DNA of 64,000 nucleotides from Eledone cirrhosa (Eukaryota). The notes under the pieces were generated by a model that worked only from the letters and a program-made list of their open reading frames with translations, was not told the origin of the DNA and did not search any database. The stretch covers positions 242,234,001 to 242,298,000 of the forward strand of contig OZ024742.1 of the NCBI GenBank assembly GCA_964016885.1, in the 5' to 3' direction. Each line of letters starts with the position of its first letter. The stretch's first letter is position 1. The translations under genes were made by a program, and so were the position numbers. Of the stretch, positions 14,401 through 29,400 are shown in pieces.

Positions 14401-17400
14401 AGAATGGTGGATTAGTTGAATACAATTGGAATGGTGGATTAGTTGAATACAATTAGAATGGTGGATTAGTTGAATACAATTAGAATAGTGGATTAGTTGA
14501 ATACAATTAGAATGGTGGATTAGTTGAATACAATTAGAATGGTGGATTAGTTGAATACAATTAGAATGGTGGATTGGGTGAATATAATTAGAGTGGTGGA
14601 TTAGTTGAATAGAATTAGAATGGTGGATTAGTTGAATACAATTAGAATGGTGGATTAGTTGAATACAATTAGAATGGTGGATTGGTTGAATACAATTAGA
14701 ATGGTGGATTAGTTGAAGACAATTAGAGTGGTGGATTAGTTGAATAGAATTAGAATGGTGGAATAGTTGAATACAATTAGAATGGTGGATTAGTTGAATA
14801 GAATTAGAATGGTGGATTAGTTGAATAGAATTAGAATGGTGGATTAGTTGAATAGAATTAGAATGGCGGATTAGTTGAATACAATTAGAATGGTGGATTA
14901 GTTGAATATAAATAGAATGGTGGATTAGTTGAATATAAATAGAATGGTGGATTAGTGGAATACAATTAGAATGATGGATTAGTTGAATACAATTAGAATG
15001 GTGGATTAGTTGAATAGAATTAGAATGGTGGATTAGTTGAATATAATTAGAATGGTGGATTAGTTGAATACAATTAGAATGGTGGATTAGTTGAATAGAA
15101 TTAGAATGGTGGATTAGTTGAATACAATTAGAATGGTGGATTAGTTGAATAGAATTAGAATGGTGGATTAGTTGAATACAATTAGAATGGTGGATTAGTT
15201 GAATACAATTAGAATGGTGGATTAGTTGAATACAATTGGAATGGTGGATTAGTTGAATACAATTAGAATGGTGGATTAGTTGAATACAATTAGAATGGTG
15301 GATTAATTGAATAGAATTAGAATGGTGGATTAGATGCATACAATTAGAATGGTGGGTTAGTTGAATAGAATTAGAATGGTGGATTAATTGAATACAATTA
15401 GAATGGTGGATTAGTTGAATAGAATTAGAATGGAGGATTAGTTGAATATAAATAGAATGGTGGATTAGTTGACTAGAATTAGAATGGTGGATTAGTTGAA
15501 TAGAATTAGAGTGGTGGATTAGTTGAATACAATTAGAATGGTGGATTAGTTGAATATAAATAGAATGGTGGATTAGTTGATTAGAATTAGAATGATGGAT
15601 TAGTTGAATACAATTAGAATGGTGGATTAGTTGAATAGAATTAGAATGGTGGATTAGTTGAATACAATTAGAATGGCGGATTGGTTGAATACACTTAGAA
15701 TGGTGGATTAGTTGAATACAATTAGAATGGTGGATTGGTTGAATAGAATTAGAATGGTGGATTAGTTGAATACAATTAGAATGGTGGATTAGTTGAATAG
15801 AATTAGAATGGTGGATTAGTTGAATACAATTGGAATGGTGGATTAGTTGAATACAATTAGAATGGTGGATTAGTTGAATACAATTAGAATGGTGGATTAG
15901 TTGAATACAATTAGAATGATGGATTAATTTAATAGAATTAGAATGGTGGATTAGATGAATACAATTAGAATGGTGGGTTAGTTGAATAGAATTAGAATGG
16001 TGGATTAATTGAATACAATTAGAATGGTGGAATAGTTGAATAGAATTTGAATGGAGGATTAGTTGAATATAAATAGAATGGTGGATTAGTTGAATAGAAT
16101 TAGAATGGTGGATTAGTTGAATAGAATAAGAGTGGTGGATTAGTTGAATACAATTAGAATCGTGGATTAGTTGAATATAAATAGAATGGTGGATTAGTTG
16201 AATAGAATTAGAATGGTGGATTAGTTGAATACAATTAGAATGGTGGATTAGTTGAATACAATTAGAATGGTGGATTAGTTGAATACAATTAGAATGGTGG
16301 ATTAGTTGAATACAATTAGAATGGTGGATTAATTGAATAGAATTAGAATGGTGGATTAGATGCATACAATTAGAATGGTGGGTTAGTTGAATAGAATTAG
16401 AATGGTGGATTAATTGAATACAATTAGAATGGTGGATTAGTTGAATAGAATTAGAATGGAGGATTAGTTGAATATAAATAGAATGGTGGATTAGTTGAAT
16501 ATAAATAGAATGGTGGATTAGTTGAATAGAATTAGAATGGTGGATTAGATGAATACAATTAGAATGGTGGATTAGTTGAATACAATTAGAATGGTGGATT
16601 AGTTGAATACAATTAGAATGGCGGATTGGTTGAATACAATTAGAATGGTGGATTAGTTGAATACAATTAGAATGGTGGATTGGTTGAATAGAATTAGAAT
16701 GGTGGATTAGTTGAATACAATTAGAATGGTGGATTAGTTGAATAGAATTAGAATGGTGGATTAGTTGAATACAATTGGAATGGTGGATTAGTTGAATACA
16801 ATTAGAATGGTGGATTAGTTGAATACAATTAGAGTGGTGGATTAGTTGAATAGAATTAGAATGGTGGAATAGTTGAATACAATTAGAATGGTGGATTAGT
16901 TGAATAGAATTAGAATGGTGGATTAGTTGAATAGAATTAGAATGGTGGATTAGTTGAATAGAATTAGAATGGTGGATTAGTTGAATACAATTAGAATGGT
17001 GGATTAGTTGAATATAATTAGAATGGTGGATTAGTTGAATAGAATTTTAGTTGAATACAATTAGAATGGTGGATTAGTTGAATATAAATAGAATGGTGGA
17101 TTAGTTGAATATAAATAGAATGGTGGATTAGTGGAATACAATTAGAATGATGGATTAGTTGAATACAATTAGAATGGTGGATTAGTTGAATAGAATTAGA
17201 ATGGTGGATTAGTTGAATATAATTAGAATGGTGGATTAGTTGAATACAATTAGAATGGTGGATTAGTTGAATAGAATTAGAATGGTGGATTAGTTGAATA
17301 CAATTAGAATGGTGGATTAGTTGAATAGAATTAGAATGGTGGATTAGTTGAATACAATTAGAATGGTGGATTAGTTGAATACAATTAGAATGGTGGATTA

Positions 17401-20400
17401 GTTGAATACAATTGGAATGGTGGATTAGTTGAATACAATTAGAATGGTGGATTAGTTGAATACAATTAGAATGGTGGATTAATTGAATAGAATTAGAATG
17501 GTGGATTAGATGCATACAATTAGAATGGTGGGTTAGTTGAATAGAATTAGAATGGTGGATTAATTGAATACAATTAGAATGGTGGATTAGTTGAATAGAA
17601 TTAGAATGGAGGATTAGTTGAATATAAATAGAATGGTGGATTAGTTGACTAGAATTAGAATGGTGGATTAGTTGAATAGAATTAGAGTGGTGGATTAGTT
17701 GAATACAATTAGAATGGTGGATTAGTTGAATATAAATAGAATGGTGGATTAGTTGATTAGAATTAGAATGATGGATTAGTTGAATACAATTAGAATGGTG
17801 GATTAGTTGAATAGAATTAGAATGGTGGATTAGTTGAATACAATTAGAATGGCGGATTGGTTGAATACAATTAGAATGGTGGATTAGTTGAATACAATTA
17901 GAATGGTGGATTGGTTGAATAGAATTAGAATGGTGGATTAGTTGAATACAATTAGAATGGTGGATTAGTTGGATAGAATTAGAATGGTGGATTAGTTGAA
18001 TACAATTGGAATGGTGGATTAGTTGAATACAATTAGAATGGTGGATTAGTTGAATACAATTAGAATGGTGGATTAGTTGAATACAATTAGAATGATGGAT
18101 TAATTTAATAGAATTAGAATGGTGGATTAGATGAATACAATTAGAATGGTGGGTTAGTTGAATAGAATTAGAATGGTGGATTAATTGAATACAATTAGAA
18201 TGGTGGAATAGTTGAATAGAATTTGAATGGAGGATTAGTTGAATATAAATAGAATGGTGGATTAGTTGACTAGAATTAGAATGGTGGATTAGTTGAATAG
18301 AATTAGAGTGGTGGATTAGTTGAATACAATTAGAATGGTGGATTAGTTGAATATAAATAGAATGGTGGATTAGTTGATTAGAATTAGAATGATGGATTAG
18401 TTGAATACAATTAGAATGGTGGATTAGTTGAATAGAATTAGAATGGTGGATTAGTTGAATACAATTAGAATGGCGGATTGGTTGAATACACTTAGAATGG
18501 TGGATTAGTTGAATACAATTAGAATGGTGGATTGGTTGAATAGAATTAGAATGGTGGATTAGTTGAATACAATTAGAATGGTGGATTAGTTGAATAGAAT
18601 TAGAATGGTGGATTAGTTGAATACAATTGGAATGGTGGATTAGTTGAATACAATTAGAATGGTGGATTAGTTGAATACAATTAGAATGGTGGATTAGTTG
18701 AATACAATTAGAATGATGGATTAATTTAATAGAATTAGAATGGTGGATTAGATGAATACAATTAGAATGGTGGGTTAGTTGAATAGAATTAGAATGGTGG
18801 ATTAATTGAATACAATTAGAATGGTGGAATAGTTGAATAGAATTTGAATGGAGGATTAGTTGAATATAAATAGAATGGTGGATTAGTTGAATAGAATTAG
18901 AATGGTGGATTAGTTGAATAGAATAAGAGTGGTGGATTAGTTGAATACAATTAGAATCGTGGATTAGTTGAATATAAATAGAATGGTGGATTAGTTGAAT
19001 AGAATTAGAATGGTGGATTAGTTGAATACAATTAGAATGGTGGATTAGTTGAATACAATTAGAATGGTGGATTAGTTGAATACAATTAGAATGGTGGATT
19101 AGTTGAATACAATTAGAATGGTGGATTAATTGAATAGAATTAGAATGGTGGATTAGATGCATACAATTAGAATGGTGGGTTAGTTGAATAGAATTAGAAT
19201 GGTGGATTAATTGAATACAATTAGAATGGTGGATTAGTTGAATAGAATTAGAATGGAGGATTAGTTGAATATAAATAGAATGGTGGATTAGTTGAATATA
19301 AATAGAATGGTGGATTAGTTGAATAGAATTAGAATGGTGGATTAGATGAATACAATTAGAATGGTGGATTAGTTGAATACAATTAGAATGGTGGATTAGT
19401 TGAATACAATTAGAATGGCGGATTGGTTGAATACAATTAGAATGGTGGATTAGTTGAATACAATTAGAATGGTGGATTGGTTGAATAGAATTAGAATGGT
19501 GGATTAGTTGAATACAATTAGAATGGTGGATTAGTTGAATAGAATTAGAATGGTGGATTAGTTGAATACAATTGGAATGGTGGATTAGTTGAATACAATT
19601 AGAATGGTGGATTAGTTGAATACAATTAGAGTGGTGGATTAGTTGAATAGAATTAGAATGGTGGAATAGTTGAATACAATTAGAATGGTGGATTAGTTGA
19701 ATAGAATTAGAATGGTGGATTAGTTGAATAGAATTAGAATGGTGGATTAGTTGAATAGAATTAGAATGGCGGATTAGTTGAATACAATTAGAATGGTGGA
19801 TTAGTTGAATATAATTAGAATGGTGGATTAGTTGAATAGAATTTTAGTTGAATACAATTAGAATGGTGGATTAGTTGAATATAAATAGAATGGTGGATTA
19901 GTTGAATATAAATAGAATGGTGGATTAGTGGAATACAATTAGAATGATGGATTAGTTGAATACAATTAGAATGGTGGATTAGTTGAATAGAATTAGAATG
20001 GTGGATTAGTTGAATATAATTAGAATGGTGGATTAGTTGAATACAATTAGAATGGTGGATTAGTTGAATAGAATTAGAATGGTGGATTAGTTGAATACAA
20101 TTAGAATGGTGGATTAGTTGAATAGAATTAGAATGGTGGATTAGTTGAATACAATTAGAATGGTGGATTAGTTGAATACAATTAGAATGGTGGATTAGTT
20201 GAATACAATTGGAATGGTGGATTAGTTGAATACAATTAGAATGGTGGATTAGTTGAATACAATTAGAATGGTGGATTAATTGAATAGAATTAGAATGGTG
20301 GATTAGATGCATACAATTAGAATGGTGGGTTAGTTGAATAGAATTAGAATGGTGGATTAATTGAATACAATTAGAATGGTGGATTAGTTGAATAGAATTA

Positions 20401-23400
20401 GAATGGAGGATTAGTTGAATATAAATAGAATGGTGGATTAGTTGACTAGAATTAGAATGGTGGATTAGTTGAATAGAATTAGAGTGGTGGATTAGTTGAA
20501 TACAATTAGAATGGTGGATTAGTTGAATATAAATAGAATGGTGGATTAGTTGATTAGAATTAGAATGATGGATTAGTTGAATACAATTAGAATGGTGGAT
20601 TAGTTGAATAGAATTAGAATGGTGGATTAGTTGAATACAATTAGAATGGCGGATTGGTTGAATACAATTAGAATGGTGGATTAGTTGAATACAATTAGAA
20701 TGGTGGATTGGTTGAATAGAATTAGAATGGTGGATTAGTTGAATACAATTAGAATGGTGGATTAGTTGGATAGAATTAGAATGGTGGATTAGTTGAATAC
20801 AATTGGAATGGTGGATTAGTTGAATACAATTAGAATGGTGGATTAGTTGAATACAATTAGAATGGTGGATTAGTTGAATACAATTAGAATGATGGATTAA
20901 TTTAATAGAATTAGAATGGTGGATTAGATGAATACAATTAGAATGGTGGGTTAGTTGAATAGAATTAGAATGGTGGATTAATTGAATACAATTAGAATGG
21001 TGGAATAGTTGAATAGAATTTGAATGGAGGATTAGTTGAATATAAATAGAATGGTGGATTAGTTGAATAGAATAAGAGTGGTGGATTAGTTGAATACAAT
21101 TAGAATCGTGGATTAGTTGAATATAAATAGAATGGTGGATTAGTTGAATAGAATTAGAATGGTGGATTAGTTGAATACAATTAGAATGGTGGATTAGTTG
21201 AATACAATTAGAATGGTGGATTAGTTGAATACAATTAGAATGGTGGATTAATTGAATACAATTAGAATGGTGGATTGGTTGAATACAATTAGAATGGTGG
21301 ATTGGTTGAATACAATTAGAATGGTGGATTAATTGAATACAATTAGAATGGTGGATTAGTTGAATACAATTAGAATGGTGGATTAGCTGAATGCAATTAG
21401 AATGGTGGATTAGTTGACTACAATTAGAATGATGGATTAGTTGAATAGAATTAGAATTGTGGATTAGTTGAATACAATTAGAATGGTGGGTTAGTTGAAT
21501 AGAATTAGAATGGTGGATTAATTGAATACAATTAGAATGGTCGATTAGTTGAATATAAATAGAATGGTGGATTAGTGGAATACAATTAGAATGATGGATT
21601 AGTTGAATACAATTAGAATGGTGGATTAGTTGAATATAAATAGAATGGTGGATTAGTTGAATAGAATTAGAATGGTGGATTAGATGAATACAATTAGAAT
21701 GGTGGATTAGTTGAATACAATTAGAATGGTGGATTAGTTGAATACGATTAGAATGGTGGATTAGTTGAATAGAATTAGAATGGTGGATTAGTTGAATACA
21801 GTTAGAATGATGGATTAGTTGAATACAATCATAATGGTGGATTAGTTGAATATAAGTAGAATGGTGGATTAGTTGAATAGAATTAGAAATGTGGATTAGT
21901 TGAATAGAATTAGAATGGTGGATTAGTTGAATACAGTTAGAATGGTGGATTAGTTGAATACAATTAGAATGGTGGATTAGTTGAATACAATTAGAATGGT
22001 GGATTAGTTGAATACAATTAGAACGATGGATTAGTTGAATACAATCAGGATGGTGGATTAGTTGAATATAAGTAGAATGCTGGATTAGTTGAATAGAATT
22101 AGAATGGTGGATTAGTTGAATACAATTAGAGTGGTGGATTAGTTGAATAGAATTAGAACGGTGGATTAGTTGAATACAATTAGAATGGTGGATTAGTTGA
22201 ATATAAATAGAATGGTGGATTAGTTGAATAGAATTAGAATGGTGGATTAATTGAATACAATTAGAATGGTCGATTAGTTGAATATAAATAGAATGGTGGA
22301 TTAGTGGAATACAATTAGAATGATGGATTAGTTGAATACAATTAGAATGGTGGATTAGTTGAATATAAATAGAATGGTGGATTAGTTGAATAGAATTAGA
22401 ATGGTGGATTAGATGAATACAATTAGAATGGTGGATTAGTTGAATACAATTAGAATGGTGGATTAGTTGAATACAATTAGAATGGTGGATTAGTTGAATA
22501 GAATTAGAATGGTGGATTAGTTGAATACAGTTAGAATGATGGATTAGTTGAATACAATCATAATGGTGGATTAGTTGAATATAAGTAGAATGGTGGATTA
22601 GTTGAATAGAATTAGAAATGTGGATTAGTTGAATAGAATTGGAATGGTGGATTAGTTGAATACAGTTAGAATGGTGGATTAGTTGAATACAATTAGAATG
22701 GTGGATTAGTTGAATACAATTAGAATGGTGGATTAGTTGAATACAATTAGAACGATGGATTAGTTGAATACAATCAGGATGGTGGATTAGTTGAATATAA
22801 TTAGAATGCTGGATTAGTTGAATAGAATTAGAATGGTGGATTAGTTGAATACAATTAGAGTGGTGGATTAGTTGAATAGAATTAGAACGGTGGATTAGTT
22901 GAATACAATTAGAATGGTGGATTAGTTGAATATAAATAGAATGGTGGATTAGTTGAATACAATTAGAATGGTGGATTAGTTGAATACAATTATAATGGTG
23001 GATTAGTTGAATAGAATTAGAATGGTGGATTAGTTGAATACAAATAGAATGGTGGATTAGTTGAATACAATTAGAATGGTGGATTAGTTGAATACAATTA
23101 GAATGGTGGATTAGTTGAATAGAATTAGAATGGTGGTTTAGTTGAATACAGTTAGAATGATGGATGAGTTGAATACAATCATAATGGTGGATTAGTTGAA
23201 TATAAGTAGAATGCTGGATTAGTTGAATAGAATTAGAATTGTGGATTAGTTGAATAGAATTAGAATGGTGGATTAGTTGCATACAATTAGAATGGTGGAT
23301 TAGTTGAATACAATTAGAATGGTGGATTAGTTGAATACAATTAGAATGGTGAATTAGTTGAATGCAATTAGAATGATGGATTAGTTGAATACAATCAGAA

Positions 23401-26400
23401 TGGTGGATTAGTTGAATATAAGTAGAATAGATTTAGAATGGTGGATTAGTTGAATATAAATAGAATGGTGGATTAGTTGAATAGAATTAGAATGGTGGAT
23501 TAGTTGAATACAATTAGAGTGGTGGATTAGTTGAATATAAATAGAATGGTGGATTAGTTGAATAGAATTAGAATGGTGGATTAGTTGAATACAATTAGAA
23601 TGGTGGATTAGTTGAATATGAATAGAATGGTGGATTAGTTGAATACAATCAAAATGGTGGATTAGTTGAATAGAAGTAGAATGGTGGATTGGTTGAATAC
23701 AATTAGAATGGTGGATTAGTTGAATACAATTAGAATGGTGGATTAGTTGAATACAATTAGAATGGTGGATTAATTGAATACAATTAGAATGGTGGATTAG
23801 TTGAATACAATTAGAATGGTGGATTAGCTGAATGCAATTAGAATGGTGGATTAGTTGACTACAATTAGAATGATGGATTAGTTGAATAGAATTAGAATTG
23901 TGGATTAGTTGAATACAATTAGAATGGTGGATTAATTGAATACAATTAGAGTGGTGGATTAGTTGAATAGAATTAGAATGGTGGAATAGTTGAATACAAT
24001 TAGAATGGTGGATTAGTTGAATAGAATTAGAATGGCGGATTAGTTGAATAGAATTAGAATGGTGGATTAGTTGAATACAATTAGAATGGTGGATTAGTTG
24101 AATAGAATTAGAATGGTGGATTAGTTGAATACAATTAGAATGGTGGATTAGTTGAATATAATTAGAATGGTGGATTAGTTGAATAGAATTTTAGTTGAAT
24201 ACAATTAGAATGGTGGATTAGTTGAATATAAATAGAATGGTGGATTAGTTGAATATAAATAGAATGGTGGATTAGTGGAATATAATTAGAATGATGGATT
24301 AGTTGAATACAATTAGAATGGTGGATTAGTTGAATAGAATTAGAATGGTGGATTAGTTGAATACAATTAGAATGGTGGATTAGTTGAATATAATTAGAAT
24401 GGTGGATTAGTTGAATACAATTAGAATGGTGGATTAGTTGAATAGAATTAGAATGGTGGATTAGTTGAATACAATTAGAACGGTGGATTAGTTGAATAGA
24501 ATTAGAATGGTGGATTAGTTGAATACAATTAGAATGGTGGATTAGTTGAATACAATTAGAATGGTGGATTAGTTGAATACAATTGGAATGGTGGATTAGT
24601 TGAATACAATTAGAATGGTGGATTAGTTGAATACAATTAGAATGGTGGATTAATTGAATAGAATTAGAATGGTGGATTAGATGCATACAATTAGAATGGT
24701 GGGTTAGTTGAATAGAATTAGAATGGTGGATTAATTGAATACAATTAGAATGGTGGATTAGTTGAATAGAATTAGAATGGAGGATTAGTTGAATATAAAT
24801 AGAATGGTGGATTAGTTGACTAGAATTAGAATGGTGGATTAGTTGAATAGAATTAGAGCGGTGGATTAGTTGAATACAATTAGAATGGTGGATTAGTTGA
24901 ATATAAATAGAATGGTGGATTAGTTGATTAGAATTAGAATGATGGATTAGTTGAATACAATTAGAATGGTGGATTAGTTGAATAGAATTAGAATGGTGGA
25001 TTAGTTGAATACAATTAGAATGGCGGATTGGTTGAATACAATTAGAATGGTGGATTAGTTGAATATAAATAGAATGGTGGATTAGTTGAATAGAATTAGA
25101 ATGGTGGATTAGATGAATACAATTAGAATAGTGGATTAGTTGAATACAATTAGAATGGTGGATTAGTTGAATACAATTAGAATGGTGGATTAGTTGAATA
25201 GAATTAGAATGGTGGATTAGTTGAATACAGTTAGAATGATGGATTAGTTGAATACAATCATAATGGTGGATTAGTTGAATATAAGTAGAATGGTGGATTA
25301 GTTGAATAGAATTAGAAATGTGGATTAGTTGAATAGAATTAGAATGGTGGATTAGTTGAATACAGTTAGAATGGTGGATTAGTTGAATACAATTAGAATG
25401 GTGGATTAGTTGAATACAATTAGAATGGTGGATTAGTTGAATACAATTAGAACGATGGATTAGTTGAATACAATCAGGATGGTGGATTAGTTGAATATAA
25501 GTAGAATGCTGGATTAGTTGAATAGAATTAGAATGGTGGATTAGTTGAATACAATTAGAGTGGTGGATTAGTTGAATAGAATTAGAACGGTGGATTAGTT
25601 GAATACAATTAGAATGGTGGATTAGTTGAATATAAATAGAATGGTGGATTAGTTGAATGCAATTAGAATGGTGGATTAGTTGAATACAATTATAATGGTG
25701 GATTAGTTGAATAGAATTAGAATGGTGGATTAGTTGAATACAAATAGAATGGTGGATTAGTTGAATACAATTAGAATGGTGGATTAGTTGAATACAATTA
25801 GAATGGTGGATTAGTTGAATAGAATTAGAATGGTGGTTTAGTTGAATAGAATTAGAATGGTGGATTAATTGAATACAATTAGAATGGTCGATTAGTTGAA
25901 TATAAATAGAATGGTGGATTAGTGGAATACAATTAGAATGATGGATTAGTTGAATACAATTAGAATGGTGGATTAGTTGAATATAAATAGAATGGTGGAT
26001 TAGTTGAATAGAATTAGAATGGTGGATTAGATGAATACAATTAGAATGGTGGATTAGTTGAATACAATTAGAATGGTGGATTAGTTGAATACAATTAGAA
26101 TGGTGGATTAGTTGAATAGAATTAGAATGGTGGATTAGTTGAATACAGTTAGAATGATGGATTAGTTGAATACAATCATAATGGTGGATTAGTTGAATAT
26201 AAGTAGAATGGTGGATTAGTTGAATAGAATTAGAAATGTGGATTAGTTGAATAGAATTGGAATGGTGGATTAGTTGAATACAGTTAGAATGGTGGATTAG
26301 TTGAATACAATTAGAATGGTGGATTAGTTGAATACAATTAGAATGGTGGATTAGTTGAATACAATTAGAACGATGGATTAGTTGAATACAATCAGGATGG

Positions 26401-29400
26401 TGGATTAGTTGAATATAAGTAGAATGCTGGATTAGTTGAATAGAATTAGAATGGTGGATTAGTTGAATACAATTAGAGTGGTGGATTAGTTGAATAGAAT
26501 TAGAACGGTGGATTAGTTGAATACAATTAGAATGGTGGATTAGTTGAATATAAATAGAATGGTGGATTAGTTGAATACAATTAGAATGGTGGATTAGTTG
26601 AATACAATTATAATGGTGGATTAGTTGAATAGAATTAGAATGGTGGATTAGTTGAATACAAATAGAATGGTGGATTAGTTGAATACAATTAGAATGGTGG
26701 ATTAGTTGAATACAATTAGAATGGTGGATTAGTTGAATAGAATTAGAATGGTGGTTTAGTTGAATACAGTTAGAATGATGGATAAGTTGAATACAATCAT
26801 AATGGTGGATTAGTTGAATATAAGTAGAATGCTGGATTAGTTGAATAGAATTAGAATTGTGGATTAGTTGAATAGAATTAGAATGGTGGATTAGTTGCAT
26901 ACAATTAGAATGGTGGATTAGATGAATATAATTAGAATGGTGGATTAGTTGAATACAATTAGAATGGTGAATTAGTTGAATGCAATTAGAATGATGGATT
27001 AGTTGAATACAATCAGAATGGTGGATTAGTTGAATATAAGTAGAATGCTGGATTAGTTGAATAGAATTAGAATGGTGGATTAGTTGAATAGAATTAGAAT
27101 GGTGGATTAGTTGAATACAATTAGAATGGTGGATTAGTTGAATATAAATAGAATGGTGGATTAGTTGAATACAATCAAAATGGTGGATTAGTTGAATAGA
27201 AGTAGAATGGTGGATTGGTTGAATACAATTAGAAAGGTGGATTAGTTGAATACAATTAGAATGGTGGATTAGTTGAATACAATTAGAATGGTGGATTAAT
27301 TGAATACAATTAGAATGGTGGATTAGTTGAATACAATTAGAATGGTGGATTAGCTGAATACAATTAGAATGGTGGATTAGTTGAATACAATTAGAATGGT
27401 GGATTAGTTGAATAGAATTAGAATGGTGGATTAGTTGAATACAGTTAGAATGATGGATTAGTTGAATACAATCATAATGGTGGATTAGTTGAATATAAGT
27501 AGAATGGTGGATTAGTTGAATAGAATTAGAAATGTGGATTAGTTGAATAGAATTGGAATGGTGGATTAGTTGAATACAGTTAGAATGGTGGATTAGTTGA
27601 ATACAATTAGAATGGTGGATTAGTTGAATACAATTAGAATGGTGGATTAGTTGAATACAATTAGAACGATGGATTAGTTGAATACAATCAGGATGGTGGA
27701 TTAGTTGAATATAAGTAGAATGCTGGATTAGTTGAATAGAATTAGAATGGTGGATTAGTTGAATACAATTAGAGTGGTGGATTAGTTGAATAGAATTAGA
27801 ACGGTGGATTAGTTGAATACAATTAGAATGGTGGATTAGTTGAATATAAATAGAATGGTGGATTAGTTGAATACAATTAGAATGGTGGATTAGTTGAATA
27901 CAATTATAATGGTGGATTAGTTGAATAGAATTAGAATGGTGGATTAGTTGAATACAAATAGAATGGTGGATTAGTTGAATACAATTAGAATGGTGGATTA
28001 GTTGAATACAATTAGAATGGTGGATTAGTTGAATAGAATTAGAATGGTGGTTTAGTTGAATACAGTTAGAATGATGGATAAGTTAAATACAATCATTATG
28101 GTGGATTAGTTGAATATAAGTAGAATGCTGGATTAGTTGAATAGAATTAGAATTGTGGATTAGTTGAATAGAATTAGAATGGTGGATTAGTTGCATACAA
28201 TTAGAATGGTGGATTAGATGAATACAATTAGAATGGTGGATTAGTTGAATACAATTAGAATGGTGAATTAGTTGAATGCAATTAGAATGATGGATTAGTT
28301 GAATACAATCAGAATGGTGGATTAGTTGAATATAAGTAGAATGCTGGATTAGTTGAATAGATTTAGAATGGTGGATTAGTTGAATATAAATAGAATGGTG
28401 GATTAGTTGAATAGAATTAGAATGGTGGATTAGTTGAATACAATTAGAGTGGTGGATTAGTGGAATATAAATAGAATGGTGGATTAGTTGAATAGAATTA
28501 GAATGGTGGATTAGTTGAATACAATTAGAATGGTGGATTAGTTGAATATAAATAGAATGGTGGATTAGTTGAATACAATCAAAATGGTGGATTAGTTGAA
28601 TAGAAGTAGAATGGTGGATTGGTTGAATACAATTAGAATGGTGGATTAGTTGAATACAATTAGAATGGTGGATTAGTTGAATACAATTAGAATGGTGGAT
28701 TAATTGAATACAATTAGAATGGTGGATTAGTTGAATACAATTAGAATGGTGGATTAGCTGAATGCAATTAGAATGGTGGATTAGTTGGCTACAATTAGAA
28801 TGATGGATTAGTTGAATAGAATTAGAATTGTGGATTAGTTGAATACAATTAGAATGGTGGATTAATTGAATACAATTAGAATGGTGGATTAGTTGAATAT
28901 AAATAGAATGGTGGATTAGTGGAATACAATTAGAATGATGGATTAGTTGAATACAATTAGAATGGTGGATTAGTTGAATATAAATAGAATGGTGGATTAG
29001 TTGAATAGAATTAGAATGGTGGATTAGATGAATACAATTAGAATGGTGGATTAGTTGAATATAAATAGAATGGTGGATCAGTTAAATACAATTAGAATGG
29101 TGGATTAGTTGAATACAATTAGAATGGTGGATTTGTTGAATACAGTTAGAATGATGGATTAGTTGAATACAATCATAATGGTGGATTAGTTGAATATAAG
29201 TAGAATGCTGGATTAGTTGAATAGAATTAGAATTGTGGATTAGTTGAATACAATCAGAATGGTGGATTAGTTGAATATAAGTAGAATGCTGGATTAGTTG
29301 AATAGAATTAGAATGGTGGATTAGTTGAATACAATTAGAATGGTGGATTAGTTGAATATAAATAGAATGGTGGATTAGTTGAATAGAATTAGAATGGTGG